From Heptranchias perlo (Eukaryota): a stretch of DNA of 64,000 bases. The stretch lies in contig NC_090346.1 in the NCBI RefSeq assembly GCF_035084215.1, forward strand, positions 48,608,001-48,672,000. The letters are read 5' to 3'. The number at the start of each line of letters is the position of its first letter. Within the stretch, counting starts at the first letter, position 1. The notes beneath the pieces are model-generated. The model was not told where the DNA came from. It did no database searches and worked only from the letters and a program-made list of their open reading frames with translations. This document shows, piece by piece, positions 61,790 to 64,000 of this stretch. Made by a program: the position numbers and the translations under genes.

Positions 61790-62170
61790 TGAGACTGGAC
61801 CACATAAACCAGGCTGACACTCCCAGTGTAGTACTGAGGGAGTGCTGCACTGTCAGAGGTACTATCTTCCGGATGAGACATTAAACCGAGGCCCCGTCTA
61901 CCCTCTCAGGTGGACTTAAAAGATCCCACGGCACTATTGGAAGAACAGGGGAGTTCTCCCCAACATTTATCCCTCAACCAACATTTAAAACCGATGATCT
62001 GGTCATTTATCTCATTGCTGTTTGTGGGATCTTGCTGTGCGCAAATTGGCTGCCACGATTCCTACATTACAACAGTGACTACACTTCAGAAGTGCTTCAT
62101 TGGCCATAAAGCGCTTTGGGACGTCCTGAGATTGTGAAAGGCGCTGTTTTAATGCAAGTCTTTCTTCTTT
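61790..62170 (+). mobile_element. SINE copy lacking its head
   Basis: ccaggctgacactcccagtgtagtactgagggagtgctgcactg through the tail gtgaaaggcgct...aatgcaagtctttct. Confidence 0.8.
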
Positions 62171-62529
62171 TCTCTCCCGGTGGTCACACATGTACATAGT
62201 TAGTAGGGGTCATTGAATAGCAGTCAACTTTGCCTGACCCTTCCCTAACCCAGCCTACTGTGGCCAATTGTAGTGTCTCTACTGCTGCCCCTGGCTAGGA
62301 ATGGCAGCTGGGGCCATCAGGAAGTGCTGGCGAGCCAGTCTTCTAACAGCCTTTATTTAAGGAACCAGAGGGCAAAGTCATTGTTAAAATAATACAATCC
62401 CGCGTTAGGCCAAGTGGCGAGTCCTGATCATCGTGAGCGCCTCTTTAAACAAACATCCTACACATCCTGTGGGCGGGGAACTGGCTGACCCTCTCGCTGG
62501 TGAATGTTCAAACAATGCCCTGGATTATA

Positions 62530-64000
62530 CTTTCTTGATCAGTGTGTTTCGGGCCCAACGAGGAAGGAGGCATTGCTGGATCTAGTTCTGGGGAATGAGG
62601 TGGGTCAAGTGGAGCAAGTGTCAGTGGGGGAACATTTAGGGAACAGCGATCATAGTATCATAAGGTTTAGATTAGTTATGGAAAAGGACAAGGACCAATC
62701 TAGAGTAAAAATACTTAATTGGAGGAGGGCCAATTTCAGTGGATTGAGAACTGATCTGGCCCGGGTAAATTGGAATCAAACAATGGGTGGCCTTTAAAGA
62801 GGAGATGGTTTGGCTGCAGTCCGGGTACATTCCCATGAGGGGCAACTAAAGCCAGTGCTCCTTGGATGACGAAAGAGAAAGAAAGCAAGATGAAGCAGAA
62901 AAAGGGGCGTATGACAGATGTCAGGTTGTTAAGACAAGTGAGAACCAGGCTGAATATAGAAAGTTCAAAGGGGAAGTGAAAATGGAAATAAGAGGGGCAA
63001 AGAGAGAGAATGAGAATAGACTGGCAACTAACATAAAAGGGAATCCAAAAGTCTTCTATAGGCATATAAATAGTAAACGGTTCGTAAGGGGAGGGGTGGG
63101 GCCAATTAGGGACCAAAAGTACGCATGGAGGCAGAGGGCATGGCAGAGGTACTCAATGAGGACTTTGCATCTGTCTTTACCAAGGAAGAAAATGCTGCCA
63201 AAGTCACAGTAAAAGAAGAGGTAGTTGAGATACTGGATGGGCTAAAAATTGATAAAGACGAGGTACTAGAAAGGTTAGCTGTACTTAAAGTAGATCAGTC
63301 ACCAGGTCCAGATGGGATACATCCTAGGTTGCTGAGGGAAGTAATGGTGGAAATTGCGGAGGTACTGGCCATAATCTTCTAATCCTCCCTAGACACGGGT
63401 GGTGCCAGAGGATTGGAGAATTGCAATTGTTACATCCTTGTTCAAAAAATGGTGTAAGGATAAACCCGGCAACTAAAGGCCGGTCAGTTTAACCTCGATG
63501 GTGGGGAAACTTTTAGAAACAATAATCTGGGCAGAATTAACAAGTGTGGATTAATAAGGGAACGCCAGCATGGATTTGTTAAAGGCAAATCATATTGAAC
63601 TAACCTAATTGAGTTTTTTGATGAGGTAACAGAGAGGGTTGATGAGGGCAGTGTGGTTGATGTTGTGTATATGGACTTTCAAAAAGCGTTTGATAAAGTG
63701 CCACATAATAGGTTTGTCAATAAAATTGAAGCCCATGGAATAAAAGGGGCAGTGGCAGCATGGATATGAAATTGGCTAAGTGACAGGAAACAGAGAGTAG
63801 TGGTGAATGGTTGTTTTTCGGACTGGAGGGAGGTGTACAGTGGTGTTCCCCAGGAGTTGGTACCAGGACCACTGCTTTTCTTGATATATATTAATGACTT
63901 GGACTTGGGTGTACAGGGCACAATTTCAAAATTTGCAGATGACCCAAAACTTGGAAGTGTAGTAAACAGTGAGGAGGATAGTGATAGACTTCAAGGGGAC
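62530..64000 (+). mobile_element. CR1 LINE ORF2 fragment running off the window end
   Basis: LLDLVLGN, LGNSDH, NPKVFY, SPGPDG, DFQKAFDKVPH and KFADD with stops and frameshifts. Confidence 0.92.

Noticed and set aside
60624-61850. Proline-rich ORFs (408 and 385 aa)
   Set aside because: Same artefact from the second G-run array.

Overview
Vertebrate genomic DNA, most likely a cartilaginous fish (inferred from the repeat landscape: CR1 and L2 LINEs, tRNA-headed Deu-domain-type SINEs, Tx1 and Penelope-like fragments). I reconstructed five spliced protein-coding genes by hand from GT-AG exon chains: ANKS4B (minus, 2 exons, 427 aa), an SLC25A17/PMP34-type peroxisomal carrier (plus, 9 exons, 313 aa), DXO (minus, 6 coding exons, 421 aa), STK19/WHR1 (plus, 6 coding exons, 262 aa) and the first two exons of a Miro GTPase (RHOT1/2). 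The very long ORFs in the track are artefacts of tandem repeats. Most notable observations: (i) minimal hammerhead-ribozyme cores in two Penelope-like repeat families, one copy intact with a 9-bp target-site duplication; (ii) a ~3.5 kb, ~105-copy 33-bp minisatellite that arose inside one SINE in ANKS4B intron 1; (iii) the DXO-STK19 pair (MHC class III in human) flanked here by non-MHC genes; (iv) an HNF4 motif at the ANKS4B promoter; (v) two G-run arrays in RHOT introns. I found no evidence of a wholly new multi-gene system. Repeat-family names come from recalled motifs, not database searches, and repeat boundaries are approximate.
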